The notes below the pieces were generated by a model. The model did no database searches and was not told where the DNA came from. It saw nothing but the letters and a program-made list of their open reading frames with translations. 64,000 nt of DNA, taken from the NCBI GenBank assembly GCA_965222995.1, contig OZ244977.1, positions 9,039 to 73,038 on the forward strand. Direction: 5' to 3'. The translations under genes and the position numbers were made by a program. Source of the DNA: Bacteroidia bacterium. Lineage in GTDB: Bacteria > Bacteroidota > Bacteroidia > UBA8524. Shown here piece by piece: positions 1 to 8,990 of the stretch; position 1 is the first letter of the stretch; each line of letters opens with the position of its first letter.

Positions 1-57
1 CCAGTTCCCTATTGCTAAATGCTCATTTAAATACGTTACTACTTGTTGTTCTTCCAT
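1..57 (-). CDS. ccmF: Cytochrome c biogenesis protein CcmF, 5' end only (runs off window)
   Basis: ATG at 57 overlaps the ccmE stop (TAATG); reads MEEQQVVTYLNEHLAIGNW, resembling the Bacteroidota CcmF N-terminus; expected position after ccmC-D-E. Confidence 0.6.
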   Translation of the reverse strand, partial: MEEQQVVTYLNEHLAIGNW

Positions 58-464
58 TAGTATTCTTTAACTGCCTCAGCAGTAACGTCTATTTCGCTCT
101 CGTTATATTTACTAGGACATTTTAGCAAAATCTCTTTTGCTTCAAATACCTCACCTTGCATTTTACCTTTTACCACCACGTTTTCGCTACGCTCAAAATC
201 TTGCGGGCGAGGCTTGCGATATACTACTTTGTTTACATTATCCAAACTGTCTTTCATATAAAATTCAAAGTAGTTAGGGTCTTTAAGCTCATTATATACC
301 TGTGGTTTGGTGCGGTCTAAATGTCCTACCACATGGTATGTAGTACCTTGATTTTTTTGTGCAGTTTCAAAAGAGGCATACTCTGTAGTATTACCATACA
401 TAGAAACAATTATACCTATAAGAGATGCTACTAATATTATAGCTACTATATACGAAGTTTTCAT
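57..464 (-). CDS. ccmE: Cytochrome c maturation heme chaperone CcmE
   Basis: N-terminal TM anchor, OB-fold-like core, C-terminal LLKCPSKY heme-binding motif (CxxxY variant); operon context. Confidence 0.9.
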   Translation of the reverse strand: MKTSYIVAIILVASLIGIIVSMYGNTTEYASFETAQKNQGTTYHVVGHLDRTKPQVYNELKDPNYFEFYMKDSLDNVNKVVYRKPRPQDFERSENVVVKGKMQGEVFEAKEILLKCPSKYNESEIDVTAEAVKEY

Positions 465-481
465 GTGTGTACTCCTTTAAC

Positions 482-694
482 TTAATTACCTTTTTTTTGT
501 TTTTCTAAGCGGCGTATCTTTCTATCTAAAACAATAAGATAAATTACGATACATATAAAAATAACGCTTAAAACGCCAATTACTACATTATACTTGTCTT
601 CACCTGCCAACTCCATTGCTTTGTCTTGCCCAAAAGCAATAGTGCTTAGCAGCAATCCAAATAGTAAACTCAAAAAATGTTTAGTCTTCATCAT
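482..694 (-). CDS. ccmD: CcmD family small membrane protein
   Basis: 70 aa; signal-like N-terminus, one TM helix, basic tail LDRKIRRLEK; between ccmC and ccmE. Confidence 0.8.
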   Translation of the reverse strand: MMKTKHFLSLLFGLLLSTIAFGQDKAMELAGEDKYNVVIGVLSVIFICIVIYLIVLDRKIRRLEKQKKGN

Positions 695-1721
695 TCTCTA
701 AAACTTCTAGTTTTTTAACCCTTATTTTCAAATTCGCTATCCAATAGGCAAATAATATCCATCCTAAAACGGCAGGATAAAAAACCATAGTCATGGTAGC
801 ATCTAAATCGTAACTGCTAAAACCGGGATTACCACCATTACCCGGGTGTAATGAATCGGTGAGCCGTGGTAACACTCCAATTAACACTATAAAAATGGGG
901 AAGAAAAATATATTGGCTACTGCTGATACACGTGCTTTTTTCTCCTCATCATCAATAGCACCACGCAAAATAAAATAGGCACTATACATGAGCATGCCTA
1001 TGGCAACGCTGTTTAGCTTAGGGTCGTTGGGCCACGGCTGCCCCCATGTAAAACGCGCCCAAAGCATACCCGTAAGTATTCCCATAACTCCTAGTAACAT
1101 TGCTACTGCCGTAAGTTGTGATGCGGCTATATCATCCTCTCTTTTACCCTTATTTAAAAAACGGATACTGTAAATCATACCCCCTACCAATATGGCTATC
1201 ATACTAAACCACATAGGCACGTGGTAGAATAAATTACGTATAGTTTGAAACAATATTTTTAAGAAGGGAAAACTAGTTTCTTCTGCATCTTTATTAGTTA
1301 CAGAAACATCGCAGTTGCTAAATTGGGTAACACGCTCTCCTTTATCTTCTGCGTTAAACCAAAAAGCGTTATCTAAAATTACATTTCCGTCTTTATCGTT
1401 ATTAACCACCAAATGGAGTGGCTTCTTACCGTCGAGTGGCGGAACATCAAAAATGGCAGCAACAATATTATTGCTGTTTACGGAAAGCTTTTGAGCACAA
1501 ATAACGTTTTCTCCATGCTTAATCCATACTTTAAGACTGTTTTGTTGCTCGCTAAAATGAGTGCCCTTGCCTGTAATGCGTACAGTATTAGGTCGCCCCT
1601 GTTTTAATTCAGAAGGACTAACCTCCATAATACCCGGCCCTAATGGGATATACAAGCCCGCCACTATAGAATATAGTATTAATGCGGCACCCAAATATTT
1701 CCACCAATTTGCTTTAAACAT
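681..1721 (-). CDS. ccmC: Heme exporter / cytochrome c biogenesis protein CcmC with extra periplasmic Ig-like insertion
   Basis: IRNLFYHVP, TGMLWARFTWG..W..DPKL (WWD domain) and SLHP motifs; about 120-aa soluble insert after TM1. Confidence 0.88.
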   Translation of the reverse strand: MFKANWWKYLGAALILYSIVAGLYIPLGPGIMEVSPSELKQGRPNTVRITGKGTHFSEQQNSLKVWIKHGENVICAQKLSVNSNNIVAAIFDVPPLDGKKPLHLVVNNDKDGNVILDNAFWFNAEDKGERVTQFSNCDVSVTNKDAEETSFPFLKILFQTIRNLFYHVPMWFSMIAILVGGMIYSIRFLNKGKREDDIAASQLTAVAMLLGVMGILTGMLWARFTWGQPWPNDPKLNSVAIGMLMYSAYFILRGAIDDEEKKARVSAVANIFFFPIFIVLIGVLPRLTDSLHPGNGGNPGFSSYDLDATMTMVFYPAVLGWILFAYWIANLKIRVKKLEVLENDED

Positions 1722-1740
1722 AGTGATTTGAAAACGGGTG

Positions 1741-1748
1741 CAAAGTTA
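1741..1748 (-). promoter_or_regulatory. Bacteroidota -7 promoter box (TAACTTTG) for ccm operon
   Basis: Exact TAnnTTTG 19 nt upstream of the ccmC ATG. Confidence 0.65.
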
Positions 1749-1760
1749 GGTAAAAACCCA

Positions 1761-3284
1761 CTATTTACCTGTGTTTTTGGCGTACAATGTAAACTTAGTA
1801 TTATGCCATATTTTACGCCACTTTTCGGGGTGATTTTCAGCATATTGCCGCTCAGTATCTGATGATAGCTCTGAGTGAATCAAGATATAATCAGTTTTAT
1901 AGCTCTCAATATCATCTCTAAAACTGCTATCCGATGGGTTAATGGCGAAAGATTTTCTATGGGTATATAAAACTAGGGCGCGTGGTTTCTTAAATAGAAT
2001 TACCGCCTCTTTTGGAGTACTTTGTTTGATGAAAGCAAAAGCCTCTTCACTCTCATTTTCTTGAGGGCCGGCAAAGTTATTTTTTGCTGTTTTGATGGCA
2101 GAGACCTGTTCAGGTAAAAATTGAAGCAATAAAATAAGCGTTAACCCGACTGCCCATGTTTTCTTAGGCAAAGTGAAACCCCAGTTGATACTTTTAAAAC
2201 CTTCTACAGCAAAGTGTAAAATAATAGGAGCTACAGGTAGCAAAAACCGAAACCCCGAACCTCTGTAAGGGTAAATTAACAGCAAACCTATATAAGCAGC
2301 AAATACCCACAACAAAAGCGGGCGTTTATGTACCACTTGTTTAACAAGACCAATGAAGCAAACGGCTAAAACCAAAGCTTGAGTAAGTAAAGGAAATACC
2401 CTCCAAGTGGGTTTACTGCGCTGGAAAAAGTCTTGCACCAAAAAGGTGTAATAGTTTAAATTTTCACGAATAGACACCCAAATCGGCTCGCCTGAAAAGT
2501 TGTTACTGTAGCTTAGTAAATCGCTTAATCGTATGCCGGCTATAAGGTAGTTTATAATAGTAAAGCAGGTAAGAAAACCTACAATTAAAACCGTTGCAGG
2601 GTTAGTGTACAATTTATTTTTAGGCTCATAAGGTTCTTTTAAGTTTAGAATATTACTCACTACTGTAAAAGCGAAAACGGAGGCAATAACAGCTAAGCCT
2701 TGCATTTTAATGGCCAGTAAAAGCCCTGCTATTAAGCCCATGCTTATGGCTTTAAGTAAAGAGAGTTTACGATTGGTTTTATCGTATTGCATAAAACCCC
2801 GTTGGTGCATTAAAACCAAAGCTCCCAGCAACCCTGTGAAAGGAATATCCGCTACAACTTCTGTTTTAAAATAAAGCGTCCACGGATGCCAACACCAAAT
2901 AAGTGAGAGCAGTACAGCCACTAACTCGCTATGGTAGCGGCGTAATACCAAATACCATATAAACCCTGCCACTATAAGCCACAGCGATATATAGATATTG
3001 AAAACTGTAATATCATTTCCAAAAAAGGCATAAACAGGGCTAAGCAATAACGGAAACCCAGCAGGGTATGCCTTTGGTCCTAACATAGAGTATTTGGGGT
3101 TGAATAGATAGCCAGTTTCTAATGCCGATTTACCCTCTGTAATTTTTTTTGCCTGATGAATGTATTGTGCAAAATCATCGCCCCAATCATGATTCTGACG
3201 AATACCCGTGAAGCACAGCGGGAATAATAGTACTAATAGTACTATACCGCCCTTATGCTTTTGTATAAAAGGTTGTTGCTGCAC
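1761..3284 (-). CDS. Polytopic membrane glycosyltransferase-like protein (GT-C/PMT-like, family 39-like)
   Basis: Acidic loop after TM1 (HDWGDDFAQY), YP.GFP.LL motif, many TM helices, C-terminal soluble domain; -7 box TACTTTTG at 3292-3299. Confidence 0.65.
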   Translation of the reverse strand: MQQQPFIQKHKGGIVLLVLLFPLCFTGIRQNHDWGDDFAQYIHQAKKITEGKSALETGYLFNPKYSMLGPKAYPAGFPLLLSPVYAFFGNDITVFNIYISLWLIVAGFIWYLVLRRYHSELVAVLLSLIWCWHPWTLYFKTEVVADIPFTGLLGALVLMHQRGFMQYDKTNRKLSLLKAISMGLIAGLLLAIKMQGLAVIASVFAFTVVSNILNLKEPYEPKNKLYTNPATVLIVGFLTCFTIINYLIAGIRLSDLLSYSNNFSGEPIWVSIRENLNYYTFLVQDFFQRSKPTWRVFPLLTQALVLAVCFIGLVKQVVHKRPLLLWVFAAYIGLLLIYPYRGSGFRFLLPVAPIILHFAVEGFKSINWGFTLPKKTWAVGLTLILLLQFLPEQVSAIKTAKNNFAGPQENESEEAFAFIKQSTPKEAVILFKKPRALVLYTHRKSFAINPSDSSFRDDIESYKTDYILIHSELSSDTERQYAENHPEKWRKIWHNTKFTLYAKNTGK

Positions 3285-3313
3285 TCCATTTCAAAAGTAA
3301 AGGATTTTTCTAA

Positions 3314-3633
3314 CCTCCCCCAACCCCTCCTTTACCTCTCCTCATGCCCTTGCAAGGAGGGGTGTTAGCGCGCATGGTTTCCCTTCTAAAAAGGAGGGAG
3401 AAAGGGTGGTGTGAATAATTGCTTCAAAAGATTGCTTTGTCGTTCCTCCTCGCAATGACGAGTGCAACTGTCATACTGACAAAGGAAGTATCTTTACTCC
3501 TCCTTGAATAGAGATCCCTCGCTTTGCTTCGGAATGACGGGTGTGGCGGCAGTCATTCTGAACTAGTTTCAGAATCTGAGCGTAGAAGCGAAGATAAGTA
3601 ATCAATATAGATGCTGAAATAAATTCAGCATGA
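3314..3633. repeat. Compound cluster of REP-like palindromic elements
   Basis: CCCCTCC..GGAGGGG type, GATTGCTT..CTCGCAATGAC half-element, GTCATACTGA..GGAATGAC and GTCATTCTGAA..TTCAGCATGA elements; family members recur at 5893, 8088, 62993. Confidence 0.8.
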
Positions 3634-3644
3634 ATAAGAAATAG

Positions 3645-3676
3645 AACCAATAACCAGTAACTATGAGCCAATAACC
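3645..3676. repeat. Degenerate heptamer tandem repeat (AACCAAT/AACCAGT/AGCCAAT)
   Basis: aaccaat aaccagt aactatg agccaat aacc just 3' of dcd. Confidence 0.5.
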
Positions 3677-3679
3677 AAG

Positions 3680-4216
3680 CTAAAACTTATTCTTCCACAT
3701 CATGCTTTCTACAGGTTTCATGGTGCGTTTGTTATACTTAGCAGATTTTTTACTGTCGTAAGTGGTTTCTATATCTCCATCTACATTAAAATATATCAGT
3801 TGCCCAATAGGCATGCCTCTATACACACGCACAGGTTGCGCTGCTGAAATTTCAAGTGTCCAAGTATTGCAAAAACCTACATCGCCTTTACCTGCGGTGG
3901 CATGTATATCTATTCCTAAACGTCCAGTGCTACTTTTACCCTCTAAAAAAGGTATATGCTTATGGGTTTCAGTATATTCTTCTGTAACCCCTAAGTATAA
4001 AGTACCGGGTTGCAACACATAACCTTCCATAGGGATATCGAAAATATCAATCTTATTATGCTCTTTAGCATCTAAAATACGGTTTTTATAGGTGGCTAAA
4101 GATTTGCCCAAATGCACATCGTAAGAGTTACTACCCAAACAGTTTTTTCTAAAAGGTTCTATTAAAATGCTCCCTTTCTCAATCTCTTCTAAAATCTTTT
4201 TGTCTGATAATATCAT
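3680..4216 (-). CDS. dcd: dCTP deaminase
   Basis: MILSDKKI, NSYDVHLG, EGKSSTGRLG, DVGFCNTWTLEI, GMPIGQLIYF motifs. Confidence 0.95.
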   Translation of the reverse strand: MILSDKKILEEIEKGSILIEPFRKNCLGSNSYDVHLGKSLATYKNRILDAKEHNKIDIFDIPMEGYVLQPGTLYLGVTEEYTETHKHIPFLEGKSSTGRLGIDIHATAGKGDVGFCNTWTLEISAAQPVRVYRGMPIGQLIYFNVDGDIETTYDSKKSAKYNKRTMKPVESMMWKNKF

Positions 4217-4230
4217 AAGTTTTTTGCTCT

Positions 4231-4298
4231 TAGCTATTGGCTCTAGGCTGTTAGTTTATTTTTATATTTTTTCCCTAAAAAGCTAATAGTCAAAGACT
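4231..4298. repeat. Imperfect inverted repeat built from TAGCTAT/CTAATAG heptamers
   Basis: ttagctattggctctaggctgttag pairs (with G-U wobble) with ctaatagtcaaagactaatagctaa between WD40 gene and dcd. Confidence 0.55.
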
Positions 4299-4303
4299 AA
4301 TAG

Positions 4304-5212
4304 CTAAACACTTACTCTCCACAGCATAGCTGTTTTGTCATCGCTGCACGAAATAAGTTCATTATCATTAACCCACAAAATCTTATTTACAGATGTGGTA
4401 TGCCCATCGTACTTTTCTTTGTCTAAAACCTTTATCAACTCAAAGTTTTCTGCTCTCCAAATTTTTACGGTTTTGTCCATACTAACCGTAGCAAAAAAGT
4501 TTCCGTTTGGGCTATACTGTATAGCATTTATATGGTACCAATGCGCGTTTATAGTTTGTTGTAATCTATAAGCTTCATTCACCTCCCAAACTTTAAGTAC
4601 TGCATCACGACCCCCAGAAAGTAAATACTTACCATCGGACGAATATGCCAATGCAAATACCGAGTTATCATGCGCTTTTAGCTCTAGTAACAGCTTAAAG
4701 TTCTCCGTATTAAAAATACGGATAGTATTATCGCTATATCCAACAGCTATTTCGGGCAAGGTGGAGTGTTGGGCTATGACCCGTGCACTTTTACCGCTAT
4801 GATTAAGCTCTGCCAAAAGAGCAAAGGTGCCCTTTTCCCAAATCTTCACTTTGCCATCGCCCCCGGCAGTAATAACTTTATTATTAATTAGGGCTATATC
4901 AAAAATACCTGCTGTATGTGCCTCAATATTTCTTTCCTCTTTTCGGGCTTGCATGTCTATACTATGCAAATTACCTGCACGTGAACCGCACAGTATTTTC
5001 TTATCATCTCCCAACAACAAAAAAGAGTAAATAGGTGCGTTTACCTGTACCAGTAATTTACCATCAGCTGGGTTGGCATAGTTCCATTCTACTACCCATC
5101 CATCAGCTCCTCCCGTTACGAAAGTATCAGGCTCAAAGCCTTTACCTAAGCCATAAATACAGTCTTTGTGTCCTGTATAAGTGAATGTTTTGTGAGCGTT
5201 TATTTTTGGCAT
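4304..5212 (-). CDS. WD40 repeat beta-propeller protein
   Basis: Repeated GH/AH...W(D/E) units, e.g. AHDNSVFALAYSSDGKYLLSGGRDAVLKVW. Confidence 0.9.
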   Translation of the reverse strand: MPKINAHKTFTYTGHKDCIYGLGKGFEPDTFVTGGADGWVVEWNYANPADGKLLVQVNAPIYSFLLLGDDKKILCGSRAGNLHSIDMQARKEERNIEAHTAGIFDIALINNKVITAGGDGKVKIWEKGTFALLAELNHSGKSARVIAQHSTLPEIAVGYSDNTIRIFNTENFKLLLELKAHDNSVFALAYSSDGKYLLSGGRDAVLKVWEVNEAYRLQQTINAHWYHINAIQYSPNGNFFATVSMDKTVKIWRAENFELIKVLDKEKYDGHTTSVNKILWVNDNELISCSDDKTAMLWRVSV

Positions 5213-5256
5213 TTTTGTGTATTAGCAATTCAGAAAAACAGTTCTATTTTTGAGGT

Positions 5257-5886
5257 GTGCCAATAGTTTTGCAAAAATACCCTAATGCCGATACAGAATT
5301 GGCAGTGTGGAAAATTACTGAGAGTATTGAGGAGTTAAAAGCTATGTTGTGGATGTTTCCGCAAGAGGAGTTTAAGTTTCAAAGCCGCAATTTGCAATGG
5401 CTGGCAAGCCGAGTGCTTCTACAAGAAATTTTACAAGACAAAACCGAAAACAAACGGTTAAAAGTGCTGAAACAGCCTAACGGAAGGCCCTATATTGATG
5501 ATTTGGGATGGAATTTTAGCATGAGCCATTCCGGCGACTATGCAGCAGTATTATTGAGTAAAACAGGCAGTGTAGGGGTAGATATTGAGCTGATAAGTGA
5601 ACGGATAAAAAAAATTGCCCGAAAATTTATAAACGATTATGAATGGCAATATTTGGAAGGGGAGAACGATTTGCATACCATGTATTTAATATGGAGTGCA
5701 AAAGAGTCTATTTTTAAGTGGTTTGGCGATGGTTCAGTTGATTTTAAAAAGCAAATGCAGGTACTTTTTCCTATAGCAGAAGATGCCACTCAATTTGAAG
5801 CAGTGCTGCTAAAGGAAAAAGAGTACAACCTCACTATCCACACCGAAAAGGTAGATGATAGCTACCGTTTGTGTTGGGTGTATTAA
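5257..5886 (+). CDS. 4'-phosphopantetheinyl transferase (Sfp-like)
   Basis: NGRPY, FSMSHS, VGVDIE, WSAKES motifs; -7 box TATTTTTG at 5245-5252. Confidence 0.9.
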   Translation: MPIVLQKYPNADTELAVWKITESIEELKAMLWMFPQEEFKFQSRNLQWLASRVLLQEILQDKTENKRLKVLKQPNGRPYIDDLGWNFSMSHSGDYAAVLLSKTGSVGVDIELISERIKKIARKFINDYEWQYLEGENDLHTMYLIWSAKESIFKWFGDGSVDFKKQMQVLFPIAEDATQFEAVLLKEKEYNLTIHTEKVDDSYRLCWVY

Positions 5887-5892
5887 CCTACA

Positions 5893-6017
5893 CCGTCATT
5901 GCGAACGAGCTGATACAGAAAGTGGGTTATGGCAACAATGATAAATGAAGCAATTTTTATAAAAATTTAGCAGATTGCTTCAAAAGATTGTTTTGTCGTA
6001 CCTTCTCGCAATGACGG
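5893..6017. repeat. REP-like element (CCGTCATTGCGA...TCGCAATGACGG)
   Basis: Terminal inverted repeats; 3' 43 nt match 3418-3460 at 40/43; between convergent genes. Confidence 0.8.
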
Positions 6018-6028
6018 AAGCCGACACA

Positions 6029-6553
6029 CTAAGCCCGTTCGTAATACATATTTGCTACTCCATCATCATAAACTTTATGTGATGTAAGTTTCAATTTTTG
6101 TTTCAGTTTTATGTTGGGAAATAGCTCAATCCCCTCGCCTAAAATTACAGGAATTAGCGTTAAAAGGTACTCATCAATTAAGCCTTCATCATGCAATAAT
6201 TTTGTAATTTCACCGCCACCTACCAGCCATATATCACCACCCCCTTTTTGCTTTAATTCTTTTACAAACTCTACAGGGTTTTGATTAATTAATGTAACCT
6301 CTTTAATCACCTGTTTATTAGCATCTCTTGAAAATACAAAGCTGGTTTTATCCTTATAGGGCCAATCCCCCAAGCTATTACCAATTTTATAGGTTTTATA
6401 GCCCATAATAGTAGTATCAATGCTTTCATAAAAAGCATAATAACCATAATCTTGTTTAGGGTCATCAGGTTCAGGGAGCCAGTCCAGTTCTTCATTAGGT
6501 CCTGCAATTTTGCCGTCAAGGCTGGTGGCAACGTATAGTTTAAGTTTTCTCAT
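6029..6553 (-). CDS. Dihydrofolate reductase family protein (RibD C-terminal-like)
   Basis: ATSLDGKIA, IMGYKTY, IWLVGGG, PVILGEGIELF motifs. Confidence 0.88.
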   Translation of the reverse strand: MRKLKLYVATSLDGKIAGPNEELDWLPEPDDPKQDYGYYAFYESIDTTIMGYKTYKIGNSLGDWPYKDKTSFVFSRDANKQVIKEVTLINQNPVEFVKELKQKGGGDIWLVGGGEITKLLHDEGLIDEYLLTLIPVILGEGIELFPNIKLKQKLKLTSHKVYDDGVANMYYERA

Positions 6554-6998
6554 GAATGTTGATTTTAGATATTATAGTACACAGTTCTGTGAACTCTTCA
6601 TCAGTAGTACGTTTGTTAGAATTTTTTAATTGAATATAAGTAATGAAGAGTTTAGTCTTATTTTGACCAACAATAAAATGGAAAGTTAATTCATCACTTC
6701 CTTCAAACTGAATATTCCAGTTTAGTAAGCTACTTGAGCCGACTTCAATAATTTCTGTATTTCGATATTCTTTTTTCTGCTCTTCCAGTTCTGATTGTAT
6801 GTTGAAAGTATAATTCTCATTAGGATTAAAACTAGCTGTTATTTGTAGAATACCACTATAACTGGGACTAAAAAAACTGAACGGTTGACGGTTACGTAAT
6901 GAACGAATTTTTCTCCAGCCTTTTGGGAAAGATATATTGTATACTGAAGTTGTAAATGTTTTTTGAGGTTTGGAAAAGAGGTATTTTGATAAACTCAT
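6540..6998 (-). CDS. Hypothetical protein
   Basis: 152-aa ORF packed between Ldh_2 gene and DHFR-like gene with overlapping ends. Confidence 0.6.
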   Translation of the reverse strand: MSLSKYLFSKPQKTFTTSVYNISFPKGWRKIRSLRNRQPFSFFSPSYSGILQITASFNPNENYTFNIQSELEEQKKEYRNTEIIEVGSSSLLNWNIQFEGSDELTFHFIVGQNKTKLFITYIQLKNSNKRTTDEEFTELCTIISKINIHEKT

Positions 6999-6999
6999 T

Positions 7000-8067
7000 T
7001 TACAAGTTTAAATTAAACTTCTTACTCAATTCCTGCAAATCATTCACAACAGCATCGGTTAGTGGTATGCCTTTTTGTACTCGTATCGCTTGTTCAATAG
7101 TTTCAGGCTCTCCGGGTATTAAAACTTCCTTCTCTTCAATAGCAGGAGAAGATTTAAAGCGGTTTATCCATTGCTCAATATTTTTATTGTACTCTTCTAT
7201 AGGCCTGAAACCATCTACACGCATAGCCCCGACAAAATGTCCCAAACCTTCACCGGGCATATCATCTGCTAAAGGTAAAAAACTAACAAAGGGTGGTACC
7301 CAAGGCCCATAATTTGCACCGGATAGCACTGCCGAAAATATATCTACAATAGTAGCCAAAGCATAGCCTTTGTGGCTGGCTTCTTCCATACTACCTAGCG
7401 GAAGCAAAGCCCCTCCTTTTTTTAACTCGCTTGGGTCGGTACTGCTATTGCCTTCTTTATCTTGTACCCAACCCTCAGGAATTTTTTTTCCTAAACGTTG
7501 GGCAATCTCAAGCTTACCATTAGCGGCTGCACTGGTAGCCATATCGGCAACAATGGGGCTGTATTTACCTGCCGGTAAAGCATAACACATAGGGTTAGTT
7601 CCTAACAAACGTTCTTTGCTATATGTGGGGGCAACTAGTGGACTGGCATTAGTCATACTAATGCCTACCATATTTTCTTTTACTGCTAATAATGAGTGGT
7701 AAGCTGCAATACCAAAATGGTTAGAGTTTTTTATGGAAATCCACCCGCTACCAACATCTTTTGCCTTTTCTATAGCAATTTGCATTGCTTTTGGGGCAAC
7801 CACCAAACCCAAACCCGCATCACCATCAATAGTAGCTGTAGAAGGGGTTTCATGTACTATTTTTATATTGGGAGTAGGGTTTATTCTGCCTGCTTCCCAC
7901 AAACGCACATACCCTGTAAGGCGTGCAACACCGTGTGAGTCTATCCCTCGTAAATCAGAACTTACTAGAACGTCAGTTGCCAATTTTGCATCAGCCTCAC
8001 TACAGCCCATCTTACTAAAAACAGCAGCACAAAATATTTCTAATTGTTCTTTGGTAAAGGTGTTCAT
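7000..8067 (-). CDS. Ldh_2 family (type 2 malate/L-lactate dehydrogenase-like) oxidoreductase
   Basis: DLRGIDSHGVARL, NSNHFGIA, GTNPMC, DMATS, HKGYAL motifs. Confidence 0.92.
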   Translation of the reverse strand: MNTFTKEQLEIFCAAVFSKMGCSEADAKLATDVLVSSDLRGIDSHGVARLTGYVRLWEAGRINPTPNIKIVHETPSTATIDGDAGLGLVVAPKAMQIAIEKAKDVGSGWISIKNSNHFGIAAYHSLLAVKENMVGISMTNASPLVAPTYSKERLLGTNPMCYALPAGKYSPIVADMATSAAANGKLEIAQRLGKKIPEGWVQDKEGNSSTDPSELKKGGALLPLGSMEEASHKGYALATIVDIFSAVLSGANYGPWVPPFVSFLPLADDMPGEGLGHFVGAMRVDGFRPIEEYNKNIEQWINRFKSSPAIEEKEVLIPGEPETIEQAIRVQKGIPLTDAVVNDLQELSKKFNLNL

Positions 8068-8087
8068 TTAATTGCTTTTTAGAAATA

Positions 8088-8178
8088 TCGTCATTGCGAA
8101 AAAGCCTTCTTAGGTTTTGAAGCAATCTTTTAAGGAAAAAGAAACAGATTACTTCGTCGTTCCTCCTCGTAATGACGA
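8088..8178. repeat. REP-like element (TCGTCATTGCGA...CTCGTAATGACGA)
   Basis: Same family as 5893 and 3418 elements; internal GAAGCAATCT/AGATTACTTC arms. Confidence 0.8.
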
Positions 8179-8185
8179 AAATTTA

Positions 8186-8929
8186 TTATCCAATAGCTTC
8201 AGCCAGCAAATCTACAATATGTACAGGTTTAAGGGTTAGATTTTTCTTTTTTATGTAGGCTTCTAGTTGTAGTAAACATCCGGGGTCATTACTCACAATA
8301 TAGTCAGCGCCGGTTTGCAAAGCATCTTCAACTTTTTTCTCAGCCAAAGCCACAGAAATAGGTTCGTGGTTTGTAGCAAAAGAACCACCAAAACCACAGC
8401 ATTCTTCGGGGCTTTTCATTTCTATTAATTCTACTCCTCTTATATTTTGCAGCAAAGTTCGCGGAGCAGATTTAATCCCGCATTTTAGTGCCTGGCAACT
8501 ATCGTGGTAGCATACTTTAGCATTAAGGGTTAAGCCCAAATCTTCTTTTTTCAGTTCATCAACAATAAACTCGCACACCTCAAACAAGTTTTTTTGCAAG
8601 CGTTTGCACTTATTGTGGGTCATGGTATTGTAAAACAGGTTGGTATACCAGTCTCGCACCATATTAGTACAAGCCCCTGAAAGAGATATGGCAGGGCGGT
8701 CGTACTGAAACTCACCAATAAACTTCTCGCCTACCAATTTGGCATCATCAAAATATCCGTCGGTATATGCGGGTAAGCCACAGCACGTCTGCTCAGGGTC
8801 GTAGTTTACCTTGCAATCTAAAAACTCCAGCACCTTCACCAAATTAAAGCCCGTTTCAGGTTTAATTTGGTCGGTGAGGCAGGGTATATGTATATCAACC
8901 GAGGTTTTATGGGTACGTACCTGAACCAT
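8186..8929 (-). CDS. (Fe-S)-binding CCG-domain protein, LutA/YkgE-like
   Basis: Two CCG domains: PC..DQ, QTCCGLP, YHDSC, ECCGFGGSF, DPGCL. Confidence 0.85.
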   Translation of the reverse strand: MVQVRTHKTSVDIHIPCLTDQIKPETGFNLVKVLEFLDCKVNYDPEQTCCGLPAYTDGYFDDAKLVGEKFIGEFQYDRPAISLSGACTNMVRDWYTNLFYNTMTHNKCKRLQKNLFEVCEFIVDELKKEDLGLTLNAKVCYHDSCQALKCGIKSAPRTLLQNIRGVELIEMKSPEECCGFGGSFATNHEPISVALAEKKVEDALQTGADYIVSNDPGCLLQLEAYIKKKNLTLKPVHIVDLLAEAIG

Positions 8930-8990
8930 TAGCTACAAACCTACATTTTTTTGGTGTTTGTAAACAGATTACAGAGAAGCATTTTTAAAC

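Noticed and set aside
3314-3676. CRISPR array or ncRNA gene
   Set aside because: Elements are heterogeneous palindromes without constant repeat-spacer periodicity; no cas genes; they match dispersed REP-like families
7000-8929. Complete lactate utilisation (lutABC) operon
   Set aside because: Only a LutA-like gene and an Ldh_2 gene are present; no lutB or lutC here and substrate cannot be inferred
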